From Laetmonice hystrix (Eukaryota), in NCBI GenBank assembly GCA_965235115.1, contig OZ249452.1, positions 10,664,001-10,728,000 of the forward strand: DNA of 64,000 nt, in the 5' to 3' direction. The notes under the pieces were generated by a model. That model did no database searches. It was not told the origin of the DNA and worked only from the letters and a program-made list of their open reading frames with translations. A program made the translations under genes and the position numbers. This document shows positions 1 to 12,096 of the stretch, piece by piece. How positions within the stretch are numbered: the first letter of the stretch is position 1; each line of letters starts with the position of its first letter.

Positions 1-933
1 GCATGTAATCGCTTCGCTGGACCGAGTCGGTCAACGATTGCGGTATTGAACAAATAAACTGTCATCAAGCCATGCGTAGGCCTATTATGTGTGAATATTA
101 TTTACGGGTGATGTGTCCATATCACCACCACCGCCGAAAATACCGCCATAAATAAAAAAATTTCTTAGAACCTTATTCATGGCCCATGTCTTCTTGTGTG
201 GCCGTCTGTCTGCATTTCGTAGGGTCTAGTACACATTTCTCACTGATCCCCCCATTATGAACAACAGATGGAGATAGTGACGAGGCTTTTCTGAGGCTAT
301 CAAGGCATCTGTCAAGGCAGTGAAAACTCTTTATTTGTAAATAACAAAGTTACCTTTGTCATGAAAAAAAACTTAGGCAACTGCGGTCGCCACGGATCAT
401 AGTGACATGGAGAGATTTTATTGGGGCGTTGCCTGCGAAATGTCAAATTCAAAGCATACGCTTCGCTGAATAAAGGGCGGAGCTGTATGAAGCAAAGGAG
501 CAAGGCACCAGTGCATTTGGGGTAGTGTATTTCGGTCAACCATTGCGTCATTTAATATATTACCTTAGTTAATAAATAATTTTCCGCATCAATTCCCGCT
601 CATTGGAAAGCTGGCTTTGCTAGCTTTTGTTGGAAACGTGCTGGTAATCTACACGGGCCCATCACTATTCAGGGAAAGTTGTAAAGAATGTTGAGAGAAA
701 AAGCCAATAATAGACGGTAACGCTTCGCGGTCTGTCGGCCATTTGGCAGGAGAGCTTTAATTAAGGCAGCTTTTGTTTTGTGCAGGCTATTACGTCTTCC
801 TTTCATTAGAGTTCGTGTCGTGTCGTGACTGTAAGCCACTGTATCAATTATATCCTCAGTAATCTTGCATCATGGGTTTAAGTATCATACCGTTGCGCGC
901 TATATATTTTCTTATAGGCCTATATGGTAAGTT

Positions 934-3900
934 CTTCAACTGATGGTGTTTGGTTTGTTGCTATATGTCATGGGACCGGGACCTTTGGAGGACCTGCTGT
1001 GGCTCAGCCGCCCAGGCCCTCTGAGTGCCCCCCCCCCCTGTATACGGCCTACATATGTATAAGAAAGTACCAAAGGTTGGCGATGTCGCCTATGTTTCTA
1101 ATAAGTGGTATAGCCGCTTCGGAGTTTACTGTGATATATAAATAGCTATTTGAATGCACACTATGCCTGCCATCGTCGCTCTGACAAGGTTCGTGGTGGG
1201 TAGGTGAGGGTTACCATTGGTGATATGGATCAAACCTGAATGGAGGCCACCGACCGTAGGACCATACTCTGCCGGCCCAATCAGCTCCATGAATAGCATG
1301 TACGCTGTTTGGATTGTGTTACCTTTTGTCATTTCATCAAAACTTCGAGCAAAGAAATGGGATGGATATCTTTTGAACAGAAATTGCTTTTACTTGGGAT
1401 GAACTTTATGATATGAAGGGGTTGAAGATCGCACATTTAAACATAAGAAGTCTTTTTCCAAAGTTTGAAATGATAAAAGAACATCTATTATCAAGTAACA
1501 TTGATGTACTTCTCTTGTCGGAAACATGGCTCAAAGAGATATTCCCGGCCATTATGATTGAAATTGAAGGGTATAGAGTCATAAGATTTGATCGCTCGAT
1601 ATTAACAAATGCGGGAAATAGGGTTAAATGTGGAGGAGGCCTATGTGTATATATAAAAAGCAAACTCAACTGTAATTTCACGAAGCTGAGTACCCTAAAC
1701 AAATGTGAAGATCATATCGAAATGCAATGGTTGATTGTGGAACTTACAAATACACGTCCTATTGTAATTGGAAATGTATATCGCCCCCCTGGTGAGTGGG
1801 TAGATCACGCGATTCAGGATCTGAATGCTGCTTATGAAGAAATAAGTAAATTTAGAATTTTTGACCTCTTTATCCTTGGTGATTTTAATGTTGATCTTTT
1901 GGAAAAATCGTCAAGAAATAGCAAGAAATTTAATGTTTTTATGCAAGAGTGCTCACTCCGACAATTGATAACAGTGCCTACTAGAGTAACCTTAAACAGG
2001 AAATCCTTACTAGATATTATTCTGACAAATAGTAGTTGCGTCTTTGGTAGCGGTACAATCATGTGCCACTTAAGTGATCATGACCCTATCTATGTCATTA
2101 GGAAGAAGAGTAAAGTTATCAAAGATAAAGTTGATTTTAAAGGGAGAACATACCGTAATTATAACTTTGATGAATGTGCTAGAATATTAAACACCTTTGA
2201 CTGGAGTGGGTTTTTGACAGAAACGGACCCAAACAAATGCTGGGAGATTATGTTGCAAGCTATATCTGCTATGGCAAATGAACTCTGCCCTATTAAGACT
2301 TTCAAAATAAATAAGCAAAGACCTCCATGGATGACTAATGAAGTTCTTGAAGTTATGAGGGATAGAGATTATTATTATAAAAAAGCACGTACTTTAAATC
2401 TACCCGATGACTGGAACATTGCCAGAAACCTTAGAAATAGAGTTGGTAAAATGGTTGATAACTTAAAAGCAGACTTCATTCAAGATAACCTAAACGAATT
2501 TACAAAGGACCCCAAAAAATTTTGGACACATGTTAAGGATGTTCTTCCAGGTAAATTACCTAAAGGAAATGTTATTAATCTTACAGATCAAGACACTGCT
2601 GAACAAATCCCTGACGCTGACATAGCAAATTACATAAACAGGTTTTTTAGAGATATAGGCCCAAAATTAGCAAATAAATTTGCTCGTGAAAGTTCGCAGG
2701 GCTTCGAAATTGAACCTCAACATACGTTTAAATTTGAAGAGATAAATGAGGCGGAAATTATAAAGTTGATAAAACAGATTAGCATTTATAAATCTTCTGC
2801 AATTCCCTTTCTCAGCTCTAGAATCCTAAAAGATTCTTTTATTACCCTTTCTAAACAACTTACCCATGTGTTTACTATCTCTTTGAAGAAAGGGATATTC
2901 CCTGAAAAATGGAAACACGCTACGGTAATCCCGATCCCTAAGGAAGGAGACCATACAGATGTAAATAATCTCAGACCAATCTCTCTACTTCCGCTTCCAG
3001 GCAAATTATTGGAGAAATTAGTACACAAACAAATGATGGAATATATTAATATGAACAAGTTGTTAAGCGAGGTACAAGCCGGCTTTAGGAAAGGGCACTC
3101 AACTATATCAAAAATAGCAGAATTTACAGATGATCTATTCACGTCTATAAATGAAAAGAAAACTGTTCTAGTTGCTTTCGTTGATTTTCGCAAGGCGTTT
3201 AACACTGTAAACCATGAAATTCTACTGCAAAAATTACAAAATCTTGGTTTAGACTTAGTAGCACGAAAATGGTTTGGGAGCTATTTAACGGAAAGAGTTC
3301 AACAAACCTTGGCAAACGACGTTTTATCGGACAAGCTAGAGGTTTCTTGCGGGGTCCCCCAAGGATCCGTTCTTGGCCCACTACTCTACCTAATCTATGT
3401 AAATGTCCTGCCTAGAGCCATTAAACTTTCGTCTGTGTACATGTTTGCTGATGACACTGCCATATCCTCAGTAGGAAAAAATGTAACTGAAGCTAAACAA
3501 AACTTGCAAACTGACTTGGACAATTTAGCAACATGGTGCTCAGAAAATAAATTAACTTTAAATGCAAAGAAAACAAAAACAATGACCTTCGGGACAAGAC
3601 AACAAATCAAATGTGCACAAAATATAAAGTTCTTTTTAAACAATCAAGAGTTGGGACATGTTGAAAGCTATAAGTACCTTGGCGTATTTCTGGACCAAAG
3701 TTTAAATTTTCAAAAACATGTCAAATCAATAATTAAGACCTTTTCGCATAAGATTTATTTATTATCAAAGATCCGAAAATTTCTGACCGAAGAGGCTGCA
3801 TTACAAATTTACAAATCTATGATGTTACCGTACATTGATTATGGCGATACTATTTACTTCTCATGTACAAGCGACTTACTTACTAAACTGCAAAGAATGC

Positions 3901-4498
3901 AAAATCGAGCATTAAAAATAGTCTTTAGGTTTCAACAAAGATTCCCGACCAGAGAGCTACATCAGACAGCTGGTGTATTAATGTTGGATAAAAGACGGGA
4001 AATGCACCTTTTAAATCTGATGTACAAACGTTCAAAACTGGACCGATATATGGACAGAAGGGCTCTAAACACTCGAGCCCACAGGGGAAAATTAATGCGA
4101 ATAGAACGTCCAAAAATGGAAAAATTTAAAAATAGTGTCAAATTTGCTGGTGCAACGCTTTGGAATAGTTTACCTGATGACTTCAAAACCAGTGATACTT
4201 ATACAAACTTTAAATACCGAACTAAATTAAGAGCAAAAGAAAACCTCTTCATATCGGATTAAAATGTGTTGCCTATTGATAATGTAAATCCCGAAAAAGA
4301 AGAAGAAAATGTTTCACAGTGTAATATTGTAGAATATTGTGACTACTGCTCGAATTTCTCACTCATGTTGTCATCATGTTGTCATCATGTTGTCATCTCG
4401 TAGAATTAAGAAAATATGTATTATACTTTTTGTACTGGAAGCGCGGAAGAACGGCCATATGGCCGAGCTGCTGTCCAGAATAAAGAACTAAACTAAAA
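934..4498 (+). mobile_element. Non-LTR retrotransposon, CR1/L2(Crack)-like LINE, flanked by apparent 5-bp TSD AAGTT (929-933 / 4499-4503)
   Basis: Absent from the paralogous block (empty site ...tatatggtaatttattggatcgggg at ~11315-11339). The 3' end has a GGCCATATGGCC palindrome, AATAAA and a short AACTA/A tail, as expected for CR1/L2 ends. Confidence 0.92.
1413..4262 (+). CDS. LINE ORF2: APE endonuclease + reverse transcriptase (949 aa)
   Basis: APE motifs HLNIRSL, SETWL, VYRPP, GDFN, LDII, SDH; RT motifs RPISLL, QAGFR, DFRKAF, GVPQGSVLGP, FADD, YKYLG; C-terminal WNSLP typical of CR1/L2. Confidence 0.95.
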   Translation: MKGLKIAHLNIRSLFPKFEMIKEHLLSSNIDVLLLSETWLKEIFPAIMIEIEGYRVIRFDRSILTNAGNRVKCGGGLCVYIKSKLNCNFTKLSTLNKCEDHIEMQWLIVELTNTRPIVIGNVYRPPGEWVDHAIQDLNAAYEEISKFRIFDLFILGDFNVDLLEKSSRNSKKFNVFMQECSLRQLITVPTRVTLNRKSLLDIILTNSSCVFGSGTIMCHLSDHDPIYVIRKKSKVIKDKVDFKGRTYRNYNFDECARILNTFDWSGFLTETDPNKCWEIMLQAISAMANELCPIKTFKINKQRPPWMTNEVLEVMRDRDYYYKKARTLNLPDDWNIARNLRNRVGKMVDNLKADFIQDNLNEFTKDPKKFWTHVKDVLPGKLPKGNVINLTDQDTAEQIPDADIANYINRFFRDIGPKLANKFARESSQGFEIEPQHTFKFEEINEAEIIKLIKQISIYKSSAIPFLSSRILKDSFITLSKQLTHVFTISLKKGIFPEKWKHATVIPIPKEGDHTDVNNLRPISLLPLPGKLLEKLVHKQMMEYINMNKLLSEVQAGFRKGHSTISKIAEFTDDLFTSINEKKTVLVAFVDFRKAFNTVNHEILLQKLQNLGLDLVARKWFGSYLTERVQQTLANDVLSDKLEVSCGVPQGSVLGPLLYLIYVNVLPRAIKLSSVYMFADDTAISSVGKNVTEAKQNLQTDLDNLATWCSENKLTLNAKKTKTMTFGTRQQIKCAQNIKFFLNNQELGHVESYKYLGVFLDQSLNFQKHVKSIIKTFSHKIYLLSKIRKFLTEEAALQIYKSMMLPYIDYGDTIYFSCTSDLLTKLQRMQNRALKIVFRFQQRFPTRELHQTAGVLMLDKRREMHLLNLMYKRSKLDRYMDRRALNTRAHRGKLMRIERPKMEKFKNSVKFAGATLWNSLPDDFKTSDTYTNFKYRTKLRAKENLFISD

Positions 4499-5938
4499 AA
4501 GTTATTGGATCGGGGATCCGCATGGCTGGATGACGCAGTTTGCACCTTAGGATCTGATGTGCATTATAAAGCTGCAGTCGCGCAACTTGGGAACCAGTTG
4601 GCGTTAAAGTGTTGGAACCCGTAGAAGGGATCCTCAACCATCAGAACATCACGTGCACGTAGGTCGGAAACACGCGGAACAAGAAAAACGGTAATTGAAT
4701 ATTTCTAACTTCTAGAATCTTAGTCAATGATAATGTAGCAACCCTGACTGTTGGGTGTTAGTTTTAGTACAGGGCCGGGGATATTCTTTTTACTTCTAAT
4801 TGTGTTCATATACCTCGAAGGAATTGAGACGGCGTGGCTGGAGTAGGGGAAAATATTGGTCACTTCACGGGCCCTGACTCGTGGTTGGCGGCTTACCTGG
4901 TTCCCATGCTTACCATGTGTGCGTCATTTACAAAGATACTGATAGGGTTTGGACAAAGAGGGGGGGTGCATCTCTTGGGGAGAGCGCCACTTCTTTGGGA
5001 GGCGAGCCAGCAGCAGCAACACACACCGCGGAGCAGCAGGGTATATCTTCGGCGCAGAAGGCAGCACTGGGTTGGAAGGCTCGGCATTGCCCTATCAGTT
5101 GCCAGCCTCAGCCGGACCAGGTTTGCCGAATGCACTTCCGCTGCTGGAAACTGACGATTCTCTTGTAGACCAGTGCCGCCAACTGCGCGCTTCCTCCCAA
5201 CTGCTGCTGTACTGCTGCTGTATTGCTGCTCAATTGCTGCTCAAGCGAGACGCTTCCCCAGCAGTTATTAAGCAGTTCTCTAATAAGTGTTATCTCCCGA
5301 AACGTCCCGACTGCTGCCACCCCTCGCACTCGGGCTGATTCAGCAACTCCATGGTCAGCATGTGATCACAATTAGCCAGTCCCCGCTCTATACCTGCCCA
5401 CCAGTAAAGATTGACACCTCTTGCATGTGTCCCCAAACTTCTTCAACAATAAGAGACGCCCAAACGGAAACCACGCCCTCTTACTGGCCAGCAACTTTAG
5501 CATCCCTCATTTCTACAGATATCCCTGGGAAACGCACTAGCCACCAGACGTGCTATCCTCTTATGAGACACCCCCCTCCCGTGCGCATCTATTAACGCAG
5601 AACATTCAGCCACAACATTCACCAGCCTGGATAAAATTGTAATTACACAACGAGAAGACAATAGAACAACATTCAACCAACAGTGTCTTTCCTCTTCATC
5701 ATTTTCAGCTATTTTTTTAAATTACTTATAACTTGCACAGTTCGGCTCTGGATCTCGGAAAGAACCGGACAAAGTTATAATGATATATTAATTTGTCACA
5801 CCCAGGTGCCGTAATTCTGGACATGGATAAACTGTTCATTTCTAAAAGGTCCAATGATAAGCCAATCATCAGATAGAAAAAAAATATCATGCGATATTAA
5901 TCGACTGTGACTTGGTATTTTCCAGAGAAGAATACACC

Positions 5939-7044
5939 ATGAAGCCGATTGTAATGGTCGCCGTGTTGGCGGTGTCTGTGTTAGCCTACGTCGTCACAGC
6001 CGAGACGCAGGTACGTCCATGTCCACATCAATCAAAATGTGTATGGCAAATGACGCCCGATTCTTAAAGGTATGGATGTTCCGGTAAAATCCCACATGCG
6101 ATCCGACCTGAGGAACAGCTAATGCCGTCAGAAACTAACTGAAGATGCTGAAATACAGGTGTATCCAAAAACAGTATACACTCAGAAAAATTGAACGAGA
6201 GACGAACACATCTATTTCAGCAAATTTGTCCAGACATATTGATATCACACCGTAGATGGTGTCACGTTTTTTTCAACATTGTGTTGACTAATATACGTAA
6301 AATATATAGTCAGCAGTGGCGGATTTAGGGGAGCACAGGGCCCCCCCCCCGAAATTTTTTAAATACAGGGTTCTGGTCCCCCTGTAATGAGTGACCTTTG
6401 CCCATGTCAGGTAGCTATATGGATCCATTCATCCACCCATACACCTGTGCCCCCCCCCCCCCGAAAAAAAAATCCTGGATCCGGCCCTGGTCAGGATAGG
6501 GTTAAGGCATGCGGGGAAAACGTAGAGTCGGGACCATGCCCCAGATCAGGGACAACCCTTCGCCCTATAGCTAACGAGCAATAAAAAGGCATCTTACAGG
6601 AGGAAAGTAGAGGATCAGGGGACCGTTTCACTAAACACTCGTATTTTACGAGCTCGTATTTTCCGTATAGATCATATAGCAAAATGTACGAGTTTGTTTT
6701 TTGCAGTTGACGTCACTGAATAGATGCAGGAGGATTAGACTCTAGGGTCCTCCAAATAGCATGGCCCCCTCATCGCACAGGAGGACGAAACTGCCGCTTT
6801 AATTTGTTCCGTTTTGTATTGGTCACAGGATGACGACAAGGCCGTGAAGATACTAGAGGCCCTCGTAAACAACCCGAGTGTGAACGCTGAGGGTGAGCTG
6901 CGTGCCGAACGAGTGAAACGAGACGCGTATACTCCATGGCGCGGCAGGGGTCGCGGCAGGGGTCGCGGCAGGGGTCGCGGCAGGGGTCGCGGCAGAGGTC
7001 GCGGGACACGCGGCGGCAGCAGTGGCTGGAGAGTCGGCCGTTAA
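5939..7044 (+). CDS. Secreted Arg/Gly-repeat prepropeptide, copy 1 (join 5939-6010, 6829-7044; 95 aa)
   Basis: Exon A MKPIVMVAVLAVSVLAYVVTAETQ is preceded by acceptor tttccag and ends CAG|gtacgt (phase 0). Exon B starts ggtcacag|GAT (phase 0): DDDKAVKILEALVNNPSVNAEGELRAERVKR-DAYTPW(RG)11TRGGSSGWRVGR*. Both exons and their splice sites are conserved in copy 2. Confidence 0.8.
6314..6489. mobile_element. 176-bp MITE with CAG...CTG termini and 5-bp TSD GTCAG, in the intron of peptide gene copy 1
   Basis: Termini CAGTGGCGGAT / ATCCGGCCCTG; GTCAG at 6309-6313 and 6490-6494; copy 2 shows the empty site tatatagtcaggatag (~12466-12481). Confidence 0.8.
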
Positions 7045-10000
7045 AAAGGCTAAGCGATTCCGGTCGGATCCCAGGGGACGTAGGCATAGGCGGATCCAGG
7101 GGGCACAGGGGACACGCGCCCACGTTAGATTCCCTAATATACTGATTTTAATAGGCCCTATAATTTTGTCATATTTGCAACACTGGTGCATCTTAGTATA
7201 TAAGTGGACTTGATGAAGCAAATGGTTCTAACTAATGATATAAAAGTCCTACTTGCAACAAAAGAGCTTTATTAACGAAACAAACATGAATTGTTTTCAG
7301 GTGCCCCCCCCCCCTCCCTTAATAAAATCCTGGATCCTCCAGTGGTAGCAGGTGCCCCCCCCCCCCACACACACCCCTTTTGAACGTAGCAAGATAGGTT
7401 TTACCTTAGAAAAAAGTAACTTTATGTCATGATAGGAAACTATTTGGAATTATAGCCTGTTGAGACCTTGGCTACACTGTGGCACCAATGTTATGTGTGT
7501 GAATACTATTTTAACTGTTAAATGGTAAAAATAATATTTAATTTAATCGTCAATGATTTAATTTTGGGGTGCCACCCCATATCGAACCCTGGATCCGCGT
7601 CAGTATCATATCTAGCTTTCTCTACTTTTTTACATTGCCCTTATTTAACGTAGCCTTACTGCCAGGCTTAACGGAATAAATGGTAGGTTTAGGCTGAGAA
7701 AGGCGGAGCTTGTTAGGTAGTTGGGGTGTAACACTTTCAGAAACTAAATAAAAAAATGTGCGACTACTGCTGGACAATCGACTTTGTCTCAACCAAGTCC
7801 TGGGATGGGTTTGACGCCCCCCCCCCCCCCTAAAAAAAGAAAGAAAGTTTTTTTTAATAACAGAAAATAATCGCTCCCCCCCCCATTAAAATAGAAAATA
7901 TATTTTTTAAAGGCCGTGGCGCAGGACGTTTTGAGTGGATGGGGTCGGGCTTCACATAATGAAAGTTTAGACCTATTTAGATCCTCTCTCTATAATTATG
8001 GCATCCTATAGTAGTGTTACCGTCTACTGGTACAGCGATATACAGTAGCGCCATCTCGCGATCTGTATGGAACTAATCAGTGAAGCCACTAGAGGCGCTG
8101 CTGTCGCTCCTTCAACTATTTATAAATACGAATGGAAGAAATTTAAGTAGGTGGGACAAAGTTTGAAAGAAAATCACATTGCTTTTTTCGAGTTACTGGT
8201 CCTTCGCGGTTCGTGCTAATAGCGTTGCACTCTCTATACATTGTATATTTCAACTTGGTTTTGCCAAGCGGCCTTAACTATTGTATATGCATGGGCTCAA
8301 ACAAAGAGGATTATAATGAAGAAATACAAACACCCTTTTCAAGTGTTGCGAGTTTATCTTCGTCAGTAGGCCTACATAACAATGGACCATGTAGATAATG
8401 AAGACCTAATATTAGTAGCTGCTTTCGAAATATCTTCCAATTAATTCATGAGTTGATACCATCATTACTGATAAAGATATCAATATTAGAGCCTCCCTTT
8501 CCTGTTTAATTATTGCACATTAGGAGAGTTTATCTTGAGTTTATCTTTCGAACCACATAATATAGAAGTGAAGACACAGGAGGTTTCCATAACCACCAGT
8601 GAGAATGGACAGCTGTTGCCATGGCAACCTGTTTGCATCTGCTTTCCGTGGCAGCTGGCAGTCGACCATTATAGTCGACCTATAAAAGAACAAGGTAAGG
8701 TCATTTACTTCAACGGCTATTTTTTCATTAATGAATCACTGACATGTATTTCTGTTAAATTTTCTCTTTCCTTGCAACGTTACTGTTGACAATATATTAC
8801 CAATTTAATTATCCCATCCCCTACGGAGGGAAGTAGCCTATTAGGGAAAGTGTGCACATCCTTCTAGTGTTAGAGTGAAGGATGTACCACATCTAGTTCA
8901 ACTCGTGCAACTTTGAGGCATTCTGGAGAGAAGTATTAGGGAAAGTGTGCACATCCTTCCAGCGTTAGAGTGAAGGATGTACAGATGCTCTCGATACAGA
9001 CGTCGAACCGTGTCCAATCCCAGCCTCTGATCTCAGACCTACCATCTTGGCTTACGTAAAGAACAAAATGGCAGGCCGAATGGGATGAACAACCAAACAA
9101 TAAGTTGTATCAGATCAGTCCCGTCGTGAACCAAATGTATCATCACGGCCTGACCCAACGTAGACATGAAATTGTTTTTACTCGATACAGGATTGGTCAT
9201 TCTAGAGTTTCCAGGGCGTTTTGCTGTGACGCAATTCGTCAATGATGAGAAAGTTGGAATAGATCTGAGTATTTTGGTCGATTTGGTAATGAAAACAAGG
9301 ATCGGCGGACGCGTAAACAGAACATCAATTATGTCTGACATTATGAATGCCAGATAGAGATGACTTTCAAGGCATCTGTCACGGCAGTGAGAACAGTTTA
9401 TTAATTTTGTAAATGACTGTTACCTTTGTCGATGACGGCAACTACGGTCACCACGGGTGATAATGACATAGAGAGAGGTTTTGGGGTGTTGTCTCCGAAA
9501 CAAATTCAAAGCATGTAATCGCTTCGCTGGACCGAGTCGGTCAACGATTGCGTTATTGAACAAATAAACTGTCAGCAAGCCATGCGTAGGCCTATTATGT
9601 GTGAATATTATTTACGGGTGATGTGTCCATATCACCACCACCGCCGAAAATACCGCCATAAATAATTTTTTTTCTTAGAACCTTAGTCATGGCCAATGTC
9701 TTCTTGGGTGGCCGTCTGCATTTCGTAGGGTCTGGTACACATTTCTCACTGATCCCCCCATTATGAACGACAGATGGAGATATAGTGACGGGGCTTTTCT
9801 GAGGCTATCAAGGCATCTGTCAAGGCAGTGAAAACTCTTGATTTGTAAATAACAAAGTTACCTTTGTCATGAAAAAAAACTTAGGCAACTGCGGTCGCCA
9901 CGGATCATAGTGACATGGAGAGATTTTATTGGGGCGTTGCCTGCGAAATGTCAAATTCAAAGCATACGCTTCGCCAAACAAAGGGCGGAGCTGTATGAAG

Positions 10001-10659
10001 GAAAGGAGCAAGGCACCAGCTGCATGTAGGGTAATGTATTTCGGTCAACCATTGCGTCATTAAACTAACTCTAATATCCCCTTAGTTAATAAATAATAAC
10101 TGTAGATGGTCGACCATTGTGTAAGCCGAAACCTATAACAAAATTACTCAATTACTTCATCACTCCAAGCGGACAAGCATACTTCATGAGTGTTCTGTTA
10201 TAAAAATATGCGCCTTGTCCAAAGTAAATTAAGCCTCTTCGATACACTAACAAGTTTTTCTTGACAAGTCTTTATTAACGAGAAAAAAGTGCGCGTGTAG
10301 AAAAGGAAAAGTACCAAGATTTCCGCATCAATTCCCGCTCATTGGAAAGCTGGCTTTGCTAGCTTTTGTTGGAAAACGTGTTGGTAATCTACACGGGCCC
10401 ATCACTCTTCAAGGAAAATGTAAAGAATGTTGAGAGAAAAAAACAATAATAGTTGGTAACGCTTCGCGGTCTCTCGGCCATTTGGCTGGAGGGCTTTAAT
10501 TAAGGCAGCTTTCGTTTTTTGCAGGAATTTACGTCTTCCTTTCATGAGAGTTCGTGTCGTGTCGTGACTGTAAGCCACTGTATCAATTATATCCTCAGTA
10601 ATCTTGCATCATGGGTTTAAGTATCATACCGTTGCGCGCTATATATTTTCTTATAGGCC

Positions 10660-11309
10660 TGTTCCGGCTAGATATGTCCGAACGGCTAGTTATGTCCGAG
10701 AGGATATATGTCCGAAAATATCAGCTAGATATGTCCGGTAACCCGGATATGTCTGCAAATATCAGCTAGATATGTCCGGTAATCCGGATCTGTCCGCAAA
10801 TATCAACTAGAGGGTAGGGTTCACTAGTCCGAAAGTTCACTAGTCCGAGGGTTCATTAGTCCGAAGTGGGCAATAGGCAACCCTAGCCAAAAACTAAATA
10901 TAACTAACCCTAAACCTAACCTTAACTCTAACCCATATAGGGGATTGGTCTGTCGCACCACTGGGCTGTCGGACTAACGCCCCCCCCCCGAGGTTAACCC
11001 CCTATTTGTCCCATGTTCCCCTGCCATTGCCTACTGTCAACTTCGGACTAGTGAACCCTCGAACTAGTGGACCCCAGGACTAGTTCCCCAGCTGGATGTG
11101 TCCGGTAATCTGGATATGTCCGCAAATGTCAGCTAAATATGTCCGGTAATCTGGATATGTCCGCAAATGTCAGCTAGATGTGTCCGGTGCCGGACACATC
11201 TAGCTGATATTTGCGGACATATCCATTTCTTCGGACATATCTAGCTGATGTTTGCGGACATATCTCCTATCGGACATAACTAGCCGTTCGGACGTATCTA
11301 GCCGGAACA
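10660..11309. mobile_element. 650-bp non-autonomous TIR element, TGTT...AACA termini, 5-bp TSD AGGCC, ~41-bp subterminal tandem units (Ginger-like termini)
   Basis: Left end TGTTCCGGCTAGATATGTCCGAACGGCTA is inverted at the right end; AGGCC at 10655-10659 and 11310-11314; empty site ttataggcctatatgg in copy 1 (912-927). Confidence 0.85.
10811..11088. mobile_element. Nested MITE with GGGTTCACTAGTCCGAA-type inverted subterminal repeats and a CTAACC-like core
   Basis: gttcactagtccgaa repeats on the left, cttcggactagtgaaccc on the right; it interrupts the 41-bp array of the host element. Confidence 0.7.
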
Positions 11310-12096
11310 AGGCCTATATGGTAATTTATTGGATCGGGGATCCGCATGGCTGGATTGTTCGACGGATGACGCAGTTTGCACCTCACGATAGATGTGCATT
11401 ATAAAGCTGCAGTCGCGCAACTTGGGCACCACTTGGCGTTAAAGTGTTGGAACCCGTAGAAGGGATCCTCAACCATCAAAACAACACGGGCACGTAGGTC
11501 GGAAACACGCGGAACAAGAAAAACGGTAATTGAATATTTCTAACTTCTAGAATCTTAGTCAATGATAATGTAGCAACCCTGACTGTTGGGTGTTAGTTTT
11601 AGTACAGGACCGGTGATATTCTTTTTTTAATTCTCGTTGCGTTCATTTACCTCGAAGCAATTGAGACGGCAGGGCTGGAGTAGGGGAAAATGGACTTAAG
11701 GTGTTAAATCGCGCACCCCTCATTTCTACAGAGATCCCCGGGAAACGCACTAGCCACCAGACGTGCTATTTTGACACCCCCCCCCCCCCGTGCGCGCCTA
11801 TTAACGCAGAACATTCAGCCACAACATTCACCAGCCTGGATGAAAAATTGTGATTACACAACGAGAACACAATAGAACAACATTCAACCACAGTTTGGCT
11901 CTGGATCTCAGAAAGAACCGGGCAAAGTTATAATGATATATTGATCTGTCCCACCCAGGTGCCGTAATTCTGTACATGGATAAACTGTTCATTTCTAAAA
12001 CGCCCAATCATAAGCCAATCACATCAGATAGAAACAAACACATATCATGCGATATTAATGGATTGTGACTTGGTATTTTCCAGAGAAGAATACACC

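Larger units (their letters stand above)
1..8012 (+). repeat. Duplicated block, copy 1 (extends past the window start)
   Basis: Position 1 onward matches 9511 onward; homology continues with indels to tatggcatcctatagt at ~7997-8012 vs ~14208-14224. Confidence 0.9.

Noticed and set aside
312-551. Paralogous short ORF also seen at 9820-10011
   Set aside because: Conservation only reflects the recent duplication; start and frame differ between copies and there is no recognisable domain.
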